Shown here: positions 46,937 through 55,715 of the stretch, one piece after another
Position numbering within the stretch: the first letter of the stretch is position 1
Layout: every line of letters starts with the position of its first letter
Source of the DNA: Patescibacteria group bacterium
GTDB lineage: Bacteria; Patescibacteriota; Patescibacteriia; Patescibacteriales; UBA12465
Direction: 5' to 3'
Length of the DNA: 64,000 bases
Assembly: GCA_041649315.1 (NCBI GenBank)
Contig: JBAZNJ010000002.1
Location: 64,851-128,850 of the forward strand
Made by a program: the position numbers and the translations under genes
Notes under the pieces: generated by a model
Told to the model about the DNA's origin: nothing
Databases searched by the model: none
The model's input: the letters and a program-made list of their open reading frames with translations, nothing else

Positions 46937-47241
46937 TCCCGGGTGGCGCAGCGGTAGCGCAGTTGGCTGTGAAATGACGCAGCTTCCTCAAGTAATTGAG
47001 GTCGAATAACGAGGTGAATTGTCTGGAAGCCTAAATCCGAGAGGATATGGTAATCAGCAGCCAAGGCCTGAAATTTCAGGCAAGGTTCAGAGACTATCCC
47101 GAAAGGGAGTAGGTCCGTCGCAAGACGGCCCGAAGCGCCTCGCATCCATTTTAGTGGATGATGATATAGTCCACCCCATTAAGAAATTAGTGGATAAGTG
47201 TAACCAATTGGTCGTCGGTTCGAATCCGACCCCGGGAGCCA
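46937..47241 (+). tRNA. tRNA-Asn(GUU) split by a group I intron; exons 46937-46970 and 47201-47241, CCA encoded
   Basis: Acceptor TCCCGGG/CCCGGGA, D arm GCGC-AGCGGTA-GCGC, anticodon stem GTTGG/CCAAT, spliced loop CTGTTAA, T arm GTCGG-TTCGAAT-CCGAC, discriminator G. The body closely resembles Bacillus tRNA-Asn from memory. Confidence 0.85.
46971..47200 (+). ncRNA. Group I self-splicing intron (230 nt, no ORF)
   Basis: P1 pairs exon GCTGT with GCAGC (46979-83), with a U-G pair at the splice site. Also seen: conserved GCCTAAATC, R-like GTTCAGAGACTA and S-like GATATAGTCC cores, GNRA loops (GTAA, GAAA, GCAA), and a terminal G at 47200. Confidence 0.85.
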
Positions 47242-47251
47242 ACGTAGATTA

Positions 47252-47280
47252 AGCGAGGTTAAATCCTCGTTTTTTCTTTT
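47252..47280 (+). terminator. Intrinsic terminator after the tRNA
   Basis: GCGAGG-ttaaat-CCTCGT followed by TTTTTCTTTT. Confidence 0.6.
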
Positions 47281-47435
47281 ATTTTCGCCAAAATATGTCG
47301 GTTCGAACCTAGAGATTTCATTGTTAAATTTTTCAACATTATTTCGAGAAGGAATAAGTCATAAAGATTTATAAAATTAGGCCCCTTTTTTTGTTTTATG
47401 CTATAATTTATATGTAATTCAATAATATAAAAATT

Positions 47436-47924
47436 ATGAATAATGAAAATAAAGAGTGTTGTCCTAAATTTAACCCAGAAAAATGGGATAAAAAAAATCA
47501 CGTTTGGGACAATAAATTATTCATAAAAGAAACCATCCCGACTATTTTTCACATTCCGCTTCCATATATGATTGGAAAAAGTGTTGGAAAAATGTGTAAA
47601 TTAGTTGAAGACGCTAAAGTGGCGCCTATTAATAGCGAAGATGCCTTGTTACTATTCCGTGACCCAAGCGCTTTTAAGTCGGAAATATATTTAACAACAA
47701 CCAGCACCGTGATAGGCGCCGAAAATGTAAATATTTCTGGTAATTTTATTAGTCGTGTGTTTGCTGGACCGTATAATACAGTGCCCAAATTTATAAAGGA
47801 AATGAGTGAGTATTTGACCGCGGAAGGAAAAGTAGCGGTTGATTATTATATTCATTATGCTTATTGCCCAAAATGTGCCAAAAGATATGGTAATAATTAT
47901 ATGATTATTTTCGCCAAGATTTAA
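47436..47924 (+). CDS. Hypothetical Cys-containing protein (162 aa; CCPKF...CPKC)
   Basis: ORF; recalls an uncharacterised conserved family starting ...ECCPKF(N/D)PE.WD. No function known to me. Confidence 0.55.
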   Translation: MNNENKECCPKFNPEKWDKKNHVWDNKLFIKETIPTIFHIPLPYMIGKSVGKMCKLVEDAKVAPINSEDALLLFRDPSAFKSEIYLTTTSTVIGAENVNISGNFISRVFAGPYNTVPKFIKEMSEYLTAEGKVAVDYYIHYAYCPKCAKRYGNNYMIIFAKI

Positions 47925-48188
47925 ATAGAACATCTTAATTTTTAAAGTATTTACAAAAATAAAATTTGAAAGCAGTCCCTCCAAGCGAGCACAGCAAAAA
48001 AGAAGTAATATATCGCCTTTTTTTATTATTCGCCTCGAAGAGGCGGGTATTTGAACTAGACAGAAGAGAGGCAAGCACGAGCCGCTATTCCGAGCGGCGA
48101 AAAGGAGATTGCCGGGCGCTGACTGCGACAACGAAGCGAATGAGCGGCGGCGAATTCACTGAGGCGGAAATCCCTATTCCTGAGCAGA

Positions 48189-48218
48189 TTGACAAAAATA
48201 ATACCTTTATGGTATTAT
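48189..48218 (+). promoter_or_regulatory. Sigma70-like promoter upstream of the 137-aa gene
   Basis: TTGACA (48189-94), 18-nt spacer, TATTAT (48213-18). Confidence 0.5.
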
Positions 48219-48262
48219 TTTTTATTACCTTAACAATTTGTTTAATTTAAAAAAAGGAGGTT

Positions 48263-48676
48263 GTGATGAAAGCCGATCTTTCTTTATATGTCGGTTGCGC
48301 TTTAACACATGCGACTGAAGAATTTAAGAAAAACGTTCAAGCTTTAAAGGAAAAATTAAAAAAAGTTTGCAAAGTCCTTGAATTTATCGGTTTAGTGGAT
48401 GGCACTGCGCGAGACGTCTATAATCATGACATTAATGTTTGTGTTCATGGTTGCGATCTTTTTGTTGGCATCTGTGACCAGGCCTCAATTGGTCTAGGTT
48501 ATGAATTGGCGACTCAAGTCGAAGATCGTAAAATGCCGGCATTAGGCGTTGCTCATATTAACTCAAAAGTGACTCGTTTGGTTTTAGGAATTGATAAACC
48601 AAATTTTGAGTTTCAGACCTATGAAGATTTTAATGATCTTTATAGTATCATTATCAAAAAACTTGAAACACTTTGA
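48263..48676 (+). CDS. Possible nucleoside 2-deoxyribosyltransferase-like (Rossmann-like) protein, 137 aa
   Basis: Strong SD AAGGAGG upstream. The pattern LYVGCAL...CDLFVGICDQASIGLGYELA...PALGV resembles the NDT-like fold (tentative). Confidence 0.5.
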   Translation: MMKADLSLYVGCALTHATEEFKKNVQALKEKLKKVCKVLEFIGLVDGTARDVYNHDINVCVHGCDLFVGICDQASIGLGYELATQVEDRKMPALGVAHINSKVTRLVLGIDKPNFEFQTYEDFNDLYSIIIKKLETL

Positions 48677-48681
48677 AAATG

Positions 48682-48706
48682 GCCCGTGATAAAAAACGGG
48701 CTTTTA
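48682..48706 (+). terminator. Intrinsic terminator
   Basis: GCCCGT-gataaaaa-ACGGGC followed by TTTT. Confidence 0.7.
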
Positions 48707-48841
48707 TTATATCCTGGTTCAATAAAAAATGGTTTAATGGTCAAAAATAGTTGACAATAATGTTAGAATTATATAACATATAAATAGTTAGAAATAATTA
48801 ACAAAAATTTTATGACTGTAAAACAATAAAAAATTTGTCGT

Positions 48842-49198
48842 TTGGCGATAATCATCGTGTTATCAATGTCCATCAGTATTTCTCTCGGTTTAGAAAATTA
48901 TTATTTACCTATTATTTTTATGTTAAGTGGTATCGCGGGGATGTATTATTGCCGCAAGCAGTTAAAAACCGAAAAAGTTATAGCTGATGAGCGTGATTAT
49001 CAGGTCGCGGGGAATGCGGCTCGTTATACAATCTTTATTTATGGCTGGATTGGTGCCATTGGCACTTTTGTTTTAATGGCCATATCAGAAAAAGAAGGTG
49101 TACTTTATACTTTAAGCCAGTATTTAGCTTTCAGCGTGTGTTTTCTTATGCTTTTAAACGCTTTTTTGTTTAAATATTTAAGTAAAAGAAATAAATAA
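48842..49198 (+). CDS. Small 4-TM membrane protein (DUF2178-like partner of the downstream HTH)
   Basis: Hydrophobic 118-aa ORF (TTG start) 3 nt upstream of an XRE regulator; a known gene pairing from memory. Confidence 0.5.
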   Translation: MAIIIVLSMSISISLGLENYYLPIIFMLSGIAGMYYCRKQLKTEKVIADERDYQVAGNAARYTIFIYGWIGAIGTFVLMAISEKEGVLYTLSQYLAFSVCFLMLLNAFLFKYLSKRNK

Positions 49199-49201
49199 AA
49201 A

Positions 49202-49390
49202 ATGAAAAACAGAATAAAAAAAATAAGAAACAATTTTGGCATTACTCAAGAAGAATTGGCCGACAAGGTGGGTGTGAGAAGGGAAACGATTGTTTTTTTG
49301 GAAAAAGAGAAATATAATCCGTCGCTTAAATTGGCTATGGATATAGCAAAGTTTTTTAAAATGAAAGTAGATGATATTTTTTATGATTAA
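49202..49390 (+). CDS. Short XRE-family HTH transcriptional regulator (62 aa)
   Basis: [39 protein letters not shown]. Confidence 0.85.
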   Translation: MKNRIKKIRNNFGITQEELADKVGVRRETIVFLEKEKYNPSLKLAMDIAKFFKMKVDDIFYD

Positions 49391-49431
49391 TAATCAAATT
49401 TGTGTTATGATTAGAATATCAATCTGATATT

Positions 49432-50238
49432 ATGTCAAAAATTATAAAATTAATTTTAATTTCCATATTTTCCGCCCTTATCGGCGCGTTAATATTTAGT
49501 TTTATCATTGCCGAGAAATTATATTTTCCAAATACTAAAGAAATAGCAAACGATACCGGAGCGGGGTTACATTTAAACGCCTATCAATACGAACCATGGC
49601 TTTGGAATAAGGAAAAAATTACTGTTATAAATATCCATGATAGAAAAAATGATGCTCCTAATGTCCAATATAAATTAAAAGGCGAAGTTTATAATATACG
49701 CCTTATTTATAGTGGGGAAGATTATGCCTTAATTGCTTATAGTGATCCTAATTTTTTTACAATGGAGAGCGGCTATATTGTTCGTCGTTCACCAAAATCA
49801 GAAAGTGAAAACACAATTAAAGAAATACACATTGGCGGTAATATTATTGCAGTGGCCCCGGATGAAAGCGGTTATTTTTATATCTCAAATAATGATAAAA
49901 TATTTAAAAGAAGTTGGCAGGGAGAAACAATAATGAGCGCGGAGCTCGAAATAGAAATTGAGCCTATCTTAGGAACACAGTTAATAGGTATAGGAAATAG
50001 GCGAAGTCATCAACCAGTATTATTTTTTAGTGATAATAAAAAAATGGCTTTTTGGGGAACCCCACTTGGCGAGCGTTGGTCCGACGGTTATTTGTTTATT
50101 TGGGATTTGGAAAATAATAAGATAGAAAAAATTTTTAGACAAAATATCGGAGATTATAATGATTTGAGAGTAGAGGATGATAAGTTGTATGTAGAAAGAA
50201 TGGATAGTGTAATTTCTAAGAAATTGATTGCGGAATAA
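49432..50238 (+). CDS. Hypothetical membrane-anchored protein (268 aa)
   Basis: N-terminal TM, then a probably beta-rich domain; no motif recognised. Confidence 0.5.
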   Translation: MSKIIKLILISIFSALIGALIFSFIIAEKLYFPNTKEIANDTGAGLHLNAYQYEPWLWNKEKITVINIHDRKNDAPNVQYKLKGEVYNIRLIYSGEDYALIAYSDPNFFTMESGYIVRRSPKSESENTIKEIHIGGNIIAVAPDESGYFYISNNDKIFKRSWQGETIMSAELEIEIEPILGTQLIGIGNRRSHQPVLFFSDNKKMAFWGTPLGERWSDGYLFIWDLENNKIEKIFRQNIGDYNDLRVEDDKLYVERMDSVISKKLIAE

Positions 50239-50273
50239 TTTGTTAATTTGTTTTATATAATTTTAAAAATTTT

Positions 50274-50789
50274 ATGACTATTATTTACATTATCGCTGGT
50301 ATTATAATAATCGCCGCTATTGTGTTGGCGATTTTTCGCGGTAATTTTGATTTCGCGGGCAATGACGCGGCCGAGGAAGAAAAAATAAAATATCAGTATA
50401 AGAAAAAGAATTTTTTCTTAACCCGTTCGGAACATTATTTTTATGATGCGCTTGTAGACGCCGTCGGAAAGGATTACCGAATTTTTGCCCAAGTTCATTT
50501 ATCCGCACTTGTTAATCATAAAATTAGTGGACAGGATTGGCGCGCCGCGTTAGCGCATATTAACCGGAAGTCAGTTGACTTTTTGCTTTGTGATAAAGCG
50601 TACCTTTCGCCTAAATTAGCAATTGAGCTTGATGATAGATCGCATGAGCGTCCGGATCGTCAGAATCGTGATTGGGAAGTGGAAAGAATTTTTCAAGCTG
50701 TCGGTTTGCCGCTTTTACGTCTTAAAAATCAAGCTGAATTTAATTCGGATAATTTAGCGGAACAAATTAAAGCTAAAATAATTTCATAA
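50274..50789 (+). CDS. DUF2726-family protein (N-terminal TM plus restriction-endonuclease-like fold)
   Basis: FLTRSEHYFYDAL...FAQVHLSAL...SVDFLLCD...LAIELDD.SH match the DUF2726 pattern from memory. Confidence 0.7.
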   Translation: MTIIYIIAGIIIIAAIVLAIFRGNFDFAGNDAAEEEKIKYQYKKKNFFLTRSEHYFYDALVDAVGKDYRIFAQVHLSALVNHKISGQDWRAALAHINRKSVDFLLCDKAYLSPKLAIELDDRSHERPDRQNRDWEVERIFQAVGLPLLRLKNQAEFNSDNLAEQIKAKIIS

Positions 50790-50799
50790 ACAACCTCCT

Positions 50800-51276
50800 A
50801 TGACCCTAAAAAACTTTTTAAAACTCATTATCGCTATCTCCGTGTCTGAAGCGGCCGGACTTATCGGTTCGCTATTTACGCGTCCGGCGATTGACGGCTG
50901 GTACGCGGAGCTGGCCCGGCCGGAACTGGCGCCGCCGAATTGGCTTTTCGCCCCGGTTTGGACAACGCTGTTTATCCTAATGGGCGTCGCGGCTTTCTTA
51001 ATTTGGAAAAAGGGCCTGGCGCGCCGGGAAGTAAAAATCGCGCTCGGGATTTTTATCGGCCAGCTCGTTTTGAATACGCTCTGGTCGTTTATTTTTTTCG
51101 GTTTGCGTAATCCGGGCGGCGCTTTAATTGAAATAATTTTTCTCTGGCTCGCTATCTTAGCGACGATTATCGCTTTTGCCAAAATCTCCAAGCCGGCCGC
51201 CTGGCTGCTTGCGCCATATATCCTCTGGGTGAGTTTCGCCGCTTACCTTAATGCCGCGATTTGGCTAATTAATTAG
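50800..51276 (+). CDS. tspO: TspO/MBR (tryptophan-rich sensory protein) family
   Basis: 158 aa, 5 TM; WYAEL.RP...PPNW.F.PVWT.L motif. Confidence 0.9.
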   Translation: MTLKNFLKLIIAISVSEAAGLIGSLFTRPAIDGWYAELARPELAPPNWLFAPVWTTLFILMGVAAFLIWKKGLARREVKIALGIFIGQLVLNTLWSFIFFGLRNPGGALIEIIFLWLAILATIIAFAKISKPAAWLLAPYILWVSFAAYLNAAIWLIN

Positions 51277-51382
51277 ATTGATTAGAGTCGGTAGAGCAAG
51301 ATTAACCAAATTCATTTCCTCTTTACATAAAATTTATCGCCCTTGACTAAAAAGCGGCTATAATGTTATATTTTCTTATTAC

Positions 51383-51407
51383 CTTAAAAATATTGTTTAA
51401 CTTAAAT
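51383..51407 (+). promoter_or_regulatory. Third, slightly divergent copy of the shared 5' leader motif
   Basis: CTTAAAAATATTGTTTAACTTAAAT, 8 nt upstream of the ddh ATG. 16 nt are identical to the 61325-61340 copy. Confidence 0.5.
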
Positions 51408-51415
51408 TTGTAATA

Positions 51416-52450
51416 ATGGGAAAAATAAAGATTTTGTTAGTTGGTTTCGGCAACATCGGCCGGAGTGTTATTACTGCCGCGCCGCGGTTTCCGGATTTAG
51501 AAATAATCGGCATTGTTACTCGGCGACCGGATAAAGTAAGGGAAGAGTTGAATCAGTTATTCGTTGCTGGAGATTCTGTCTTCATTTCTGTTTATGATCT
51601 AAAGGATCCGGAAAGTTATCTTAATTGCGGTGCTGATGTAGCGATTATGTGCGGCGGTTCTAAAGCAGATCTTCCGAAGCAGACGCCCTATTTTGCTCAG
51701 CACTTTAATGTGGTTGATTCCTTTGATACACATGACCATATCGGTCCCTATATCGACGAAGAAGGACAGCCGCGCGTCGGACATTTTCAGGAAGTTAATA
51801 TCGTAGCTGAAAATGCTAAAAATATGGCCATTGTCGGGGTTGGTTGGGATCCTGGAACTTTCTCTTTAATGCGTGTGCTTTTAAGTGCTGGCTTGGGGAT
51901 TGATAAGGCCTATGCTTTTTATGGTTTAACTGAAAAAGGCGGACTATCAATGGGGCATAGCAACGCCGTAAAAGGCATACCTGGTGTTGTTGACGCCCGG
52001 CAATATACGCACGCCAATATGGAGACAATCCAGAAATTGCGTGACAATCCAGATTTTCATCCGAGCACAAGGGAAATGCATTGGCGGGAGTGCCGGGTTG
52101 TGATTGCGCCGGATGCCGACCAAGAAAAAATTAAGCAGGCAATCATTAGCATGCCGGCTTATTTTGCTCCTTATGACACGACCGTAAAATTTGTATCCCA
52201 GACCGAGCTGGATGAGGAGAAAGATAATTTCTCCCATGATGGTTTAGTAATCGCGACGGGGGCCGCTGGGTATATGGAATTTAAAAATATCTGGAAGTCG
52301 AATCCGCTCGGAACTGCTGGATTTTTATTGGCTTATGCCCGGGCGGCTTATTGGGCCAATGAAAATGGAGGCTATGGAGCCTTCACGACGATAGATATTC
52401 CGTTAGGCAATCTTTTACCAGATTTTGGCAAAAGATTAAATTTTTTTTAA
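51416..52450 (+). CDS. ddh: meso-Diaminopimelate D-dehydrogenase
   Basis: Collinear with Corynebacterium Ddh from memory: VGFGNIGRSV, GWDPGTFS, SMGHSNAVKGIPGV..A.QYT. Confidence 0.85.
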   Translation: MGKIKILLVGFGNIGRSVITAAPRFPDLEIIGIVTRRPDKVREELNQLFVAGDSVFISVYDLKDPESYLNCGADVAIMCGGSKADLPKQTPYFAQHFNVVDSFDTHDHIGPYIDEEGQPRVGHFQEVNIVAENAKNMAIVGVGWDPGTFSLMRVLLSAGLGIDKAYAFYGLTEKGGLSMGHSNAVKGIPGVVDARQYTHANMETIQKLRDNPDFHPSTREMHWRECRVVIAPDADQEKIKQAIISMPAYFAPYDTTVKFVSQTELDEEKDNFSHDGLVIATGAAGYMEFKNIWKSNPLGTAGFLLAYARAAYWANENGGYGAFTTIDIPLGNLLPDFGKRLNFF

Positions 52451-52454
52451 TCAT

Positions 52455-52500
52455 AAAAAACGACCGGTGCTTGATGTAAAGCACCGGTCTTTTATTTTTT
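52455..52500 (+). terminator. Intrinsic terminator after ddh
   Basis: GACCGGTGC-10 nt-GCACCGGTC followed by TTTTATTTTTT. Confidence 0.7.
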
Positions 52501-52611
52501 CCGGTATTTTTTTCACTTGGTTTGTCTTTTTTTGTTTTCTGTTTTAAACTTAAATAGTTATTAAAATAATATTTAGGGATAGCTTCTATATAGTTGTTAA
52601 AAAATAAAATT

Positions 52612-53943
52612 ATGAATAAGAAAAAAAGAATATTTTGGCTTATCGCTGGAGCCCTAATTTTGGCTATCGGGATTTTTTGTTTAGCTCGAAGCGGAGTTTT
52701 TAGCGGCGGACGGCAATCCCTAACGGAAAGCGAGGCGATCTTCATAGAACCGGATTCGAAAACGATCGTGGAAATTAGCGCTAACGCGACTTTTAGCGGC
52801 CTGATGGCCCAGACTGGCCTAGATCCGGTTCTGGTTAATGAAATTTATCAGGCGGCCCTGGAAACTTATGATTTAGCCAAGATTAAAGCCGGCCGTTTTT
52901 TAGAATTAACTTTTTCTAAAGATAATGGCGAATTTAAGGAACTAGTTTACAAGATTGATTCCGAAGAGGAGTTAGTCGTCCGATGTGCGTCAGCGGCGGG
53001 ATCGGATGCGGTTTCGGATGTTGCGTCGCCGGATGCTCCAGGCGTTGCTGTTTTTACTGATGTTGAAGCTATTGATTCCGCTGTTCCGACCGTCCCAGCC
53101 GTGGCGTCTGTGGCGGCTTACGAAGCCTTTATCCGCCCGATTGCTTATGAAGTCCGTATTGCGACGAAAGAAGGAGAGATAAAAACTTCAATGTACGAAG
53201 CGGCGCTTGAGAACGATATTGACGAGCGGGCGATTATTGCCTTAGCCGACGCCTTTCAATGGTCAATAGATTTTGCCATGGATCCGCGGGTCGACGACAC
53301 TTTCAAGCTTATTTATGAAGAGAGATATTTGGACGGGGAATATCAGATGCCGGGTAAAATTTTAGCCGGCCAATACATTAACGATGGGAAAAAATACCAG
53401 GTTTATTATTTTGAAGAAGACGAAGATAATTCCGGATATTTTGACGAAGAAGGAAATTCGGTTCAGAAAATGTTTTTGAAAGCTCCGGTCGCTTTTAAAT
53501 ATATTTCTTCCGGTTTTACGACCGGTTTGCGCTATGTCGAGGCCTTTAATGTTTCAACTGGGCATCGGGCGATTGACTACGCGGCTCCTATCGGTACGCC
53601 GATTCGCGCGGTTGGCGACGGAACAATAATTTCAGCGGGTTGGAATGGATCTTATGGTTATATGATTAAGCTCCGCCATAATGGTACTTACCAGACAAAT
53701 TATGCTCATTTATCAAAATTCGCGGTTAAGAGTGGAGCGAAAGTAAAGCAGGGCGATGTTATCGGTTATGTCGGTTCAACTGGATTTTCTACCGGGCCGC
53801 ATTTGCATTATGAGATGGTTAAAAACGGCGTGAAAATAAATCCTTTGACCGAAGTTTTGCCGCCAGGCAAGGCAATCAGAGAAGAGAATCGGGTGCGCTT
53901 TTTTGAAGAAATCGCGTCTTGGCAGGCGGTTTTAGAAGAGTAA
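52612..53943 (+). CDS. M23-family metallopeptidase (peptidoglycan DD-endopeptidase type) with N-terminal anchor
   Basis: HRAIDYAAP.GTP...GYVGSTGFSTGPHLHYE. ATG 52612 is preferred over the track's TTG at 52594. Confidence 0.88.
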   Translation: MNKKKRIFWLIAGALILAIGIFCLARSGVFSGGRQSLTESEAIFIEPDSKTIVEISANATFSGLMAQTGLDPVLVNEIYQAALETYDLAKIKAGRFLELTFSKDNGEFKELVYKIDSEEELVVRCASAAGSDAVSDVASPDAPGVAVFTDVEAIDSAVPTVPAVASVAAYEAFIRPIAYEVRIATKEGEIKTSMYEAALENDIDERAIIALADAFQWSIDFAMDPRVDDTFKLIYEERYLDGEYQMPGKILAGQYINDGKKYQVYYFEEDEDNSGYFDEEGNSVQKMFLKAPVAFKYISSGFTTGLRYVEAFNVSTGHRAIDYAAPIGTPIRAVGDGTIISAGWNGSYGYMIKLRHNGTYQTNYAHLSKFAVKSGAKVKQGDVIGYVGSTGFSTGPHLHYEMVKNGVKINPLTEVLPPGKAIREENRVRFFEEIASWQAVLEE

Positions 53944-54044
53944 GAGACGATTGCTTATTTTCAGATTTTAGTTTTTATGTTAAAATATAAGTGTATGAGG
54001 CTGGCCAACGCTTATTATATATAGACCAGCCAAATTCTGATCAT

Positions 54045-54599
54045 ATGAAAAAAACTAACTCCGATAATTGCGATAGCGGAGAAAAAAATAAAAATGTTGA
54101 TGATATCGCGAAAAAATATCTAGATAGCGCCGGGGTGATTATTGTCGCCTTGGATGCCGATGCTAATATTGTTTTTTTGAATAAGAAGGGCTGCGAGATT
54201 ATCGGTTGTGAAAGGGGGAATTTTATCGGGAAGAATTGGTTTGATGCTTGCTTGCCGCCGGAAGAAGCAACAAAAGTAAAAGAAGTTTTTCGGAAAGGTA
54301 TATCCGGCGAGATAGAGCAGGTAGAAAATTTTGAAAATGAAATCATCACCAAGAATAAAGAGCGGAGAATGATAAAATGGTATAATACTTTAACTAAAGA
54401 TGAGGAGGGGAAAATAAATGGGATTCTCAGCTCAGGCATGGATATAACGGATATAATAAAGATGGAAGATGCGCTAAAGGCCAAAAGTGAGGAGTTGGAG
54501 CTTACCAATAAAGTCTTTGTCAATCGGGAATTAAAAATGGTTGAGCTTAAGAAAGAAATTGAGGAATTGGAAAAACGCTTGGCGAAATACAAAAAATAA
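54045..54599 (+). CDS. PAS-domain protein with a C-terminal coiled coil
   Basis: PAS-like core (AGVIIVALDADANIVFLNKKGCEIIG...NGILSSGMDITD). I start at ATG 54045. Confidence 0.65.
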   Translation: MKKTNSDNCDSGEKNKNVDDIAKKYLDSAGVIIVALDADANIVFLNKKGCEIIGCERGNFIGKNWFDACLPPEEATKVKEVFRKGISGEIEQVENFENEIITKNKERRMIKWYNTLTKDEEGKINGILSSGMDITDIIKMEDALKAKSEELELTNKVFVNRELKMVELKKEIEELEKRLAKYKK

Positions 54600-54660
54600 T
54601 TTAATTCCGTATTTTCCGGTTTTATTGTATAATAAAGGCATAATCCACCTTTATTTTTTT

Positions 54661-55653
54661 ATGGTTAATGACTCAAAAAATTATTATCCGAAAGATAGTG
54701 CCGGCCGCCTGATGAATAATCAGGTCCCGACGGCTTTGTCTACTGCCACTATCGGCGAGGCGGAAAAAGATCTGCGGGAACGGATTAAAGATTTAGAATC
54801 AATTAATTATATTTACGTGCTTGATGAGGCCGGAGTTTTAAAAGGAGCGGTTTCTATCAAGGAATTTTTTCGTCCGGACAAGGAGCGCCGCTGGTGCCAG
54901 ATAATGGATAAGAATTTAGTGACCGCCCGGCTTTATACTGACCAGGAACGGGTCGCTTATCTGGCGCTTAAGAATAATATAAAATCCGTGCCGATCGTTG
55001 ACCACGAAGGCCGGTTTTTAGGAGCGGTCTTAAATGATGATATTGTTAATATCGTTTTTAGTGAAAGTCAGGAAGATATTTCCCATTTAGCCGGTGTTAA
55101 CGAGGGAAATCTTTCGAAATTAGGCAATCCTTTATTGCTGCCATTATGGGCTTCTTTGCGCCATCGTTTGCCTTGGCTGATTTTAGGTTTGGTGGGCGGT
55201 TTGGCAGCCGCCGGAGTAATCAGTTTTTTTGAAAATACTCTGGCGGAAAATATTCTGTTGGCCGCTTTTATCCCTTTGATCGTCTATATGGCCAGCGCCG
55301 TGAGTACTCAGCTCGGTTATTTTATCGTCCGTGATTTAGCTATTCATCATAAAATAAATTTCCGCCCTTATGTTTGGCGGCAATTTCGGATAATTGTTTT
55401 AATGGGTGCTATAATCAGTGCTTTGGTTTTTGGTGCGGTCGTTCTTATTTACCAGGAGTTGCTGGTTGCTGCGGTTTTAGCCGCGGCGATGTGGCTGGCG
55501 GTTATCTCCTCGGTATTTACCGGTATTTTTATTCCTTATTTATTTAGCCGCCTTAAATTTGATCCGGCCGATGCCAGCGGTCCGATCGGCACCATTATCC
55601 AGGATCTTTTAACGGTTGTTATTTATTTATTAGTCGCTAGTATTTGGTTGTAA
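54661..55653 (+). CDS. mgtE: Magnesium transporter MgtE (CBS pair plus TM domain; short N-terminus)
   Basis: The CBS region and DPADASGPIGTIIQDLLTVVIYL are typical of MgtE. I start at ATG 54661. Confidence 0.88.
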   Translation: MVNDSKNYYPKDSAGRLMNNQVPTALSTATIGEAEKDLRERIKDLESINYIYVLDEAGVLKGAVSIKEFFRPDKERRWCQIMDKNLVTARLYTDQERVAYLALKNNIKSVPIVDHEGRFLGAVLNDDIVNIVFSESQEDISHLAGVNEGNLSKLGNPLLLPLWASLRHRLPWLILGLVGGLAAAGVISFFENTLAENILLAAFIPLIVYMASAVSTQLGYFIVRDLAIHHKINFRPYVWRQFRIIVLMGAIISALVFGAVVLIYQELLVAAVLAAAMWLAVISSVFTGIFIPYLFSRLKFDPADASGPIGTIIQDLLTVVIYLLVASIWL

Positions 55654-55715
55654 ATTTGATTTATCATCTCTTTGCTTAAATGTCCGGTTTTAAAAACGGC
55701 TGGGAGCCAGATGGC

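Noticed and set aside
46930-47252. ORFs 46930-47145 (minus) and 47019-47252 (plus)
   Set aside because: They overlap the tRNA exons and the group I intron core. The RNA interpretation explains the whole interval.
47297-47307. 11-nt repeat of the tRNA T-arm as an att site
   Set aside because: It is too short to rise above chance, and no integrase is nearby. It is kept only as a weak note in the islet finding.
47990-48188. tmRNA, RNase P RNA or SRP RNA identity for the GC-rich hairpin cluster
   Set aside because: The region has no tRNA-like acceptor/T-arm with CCA, no GAGGAAAGUCC-type P4 sequence and no SRP domain-IV motif.
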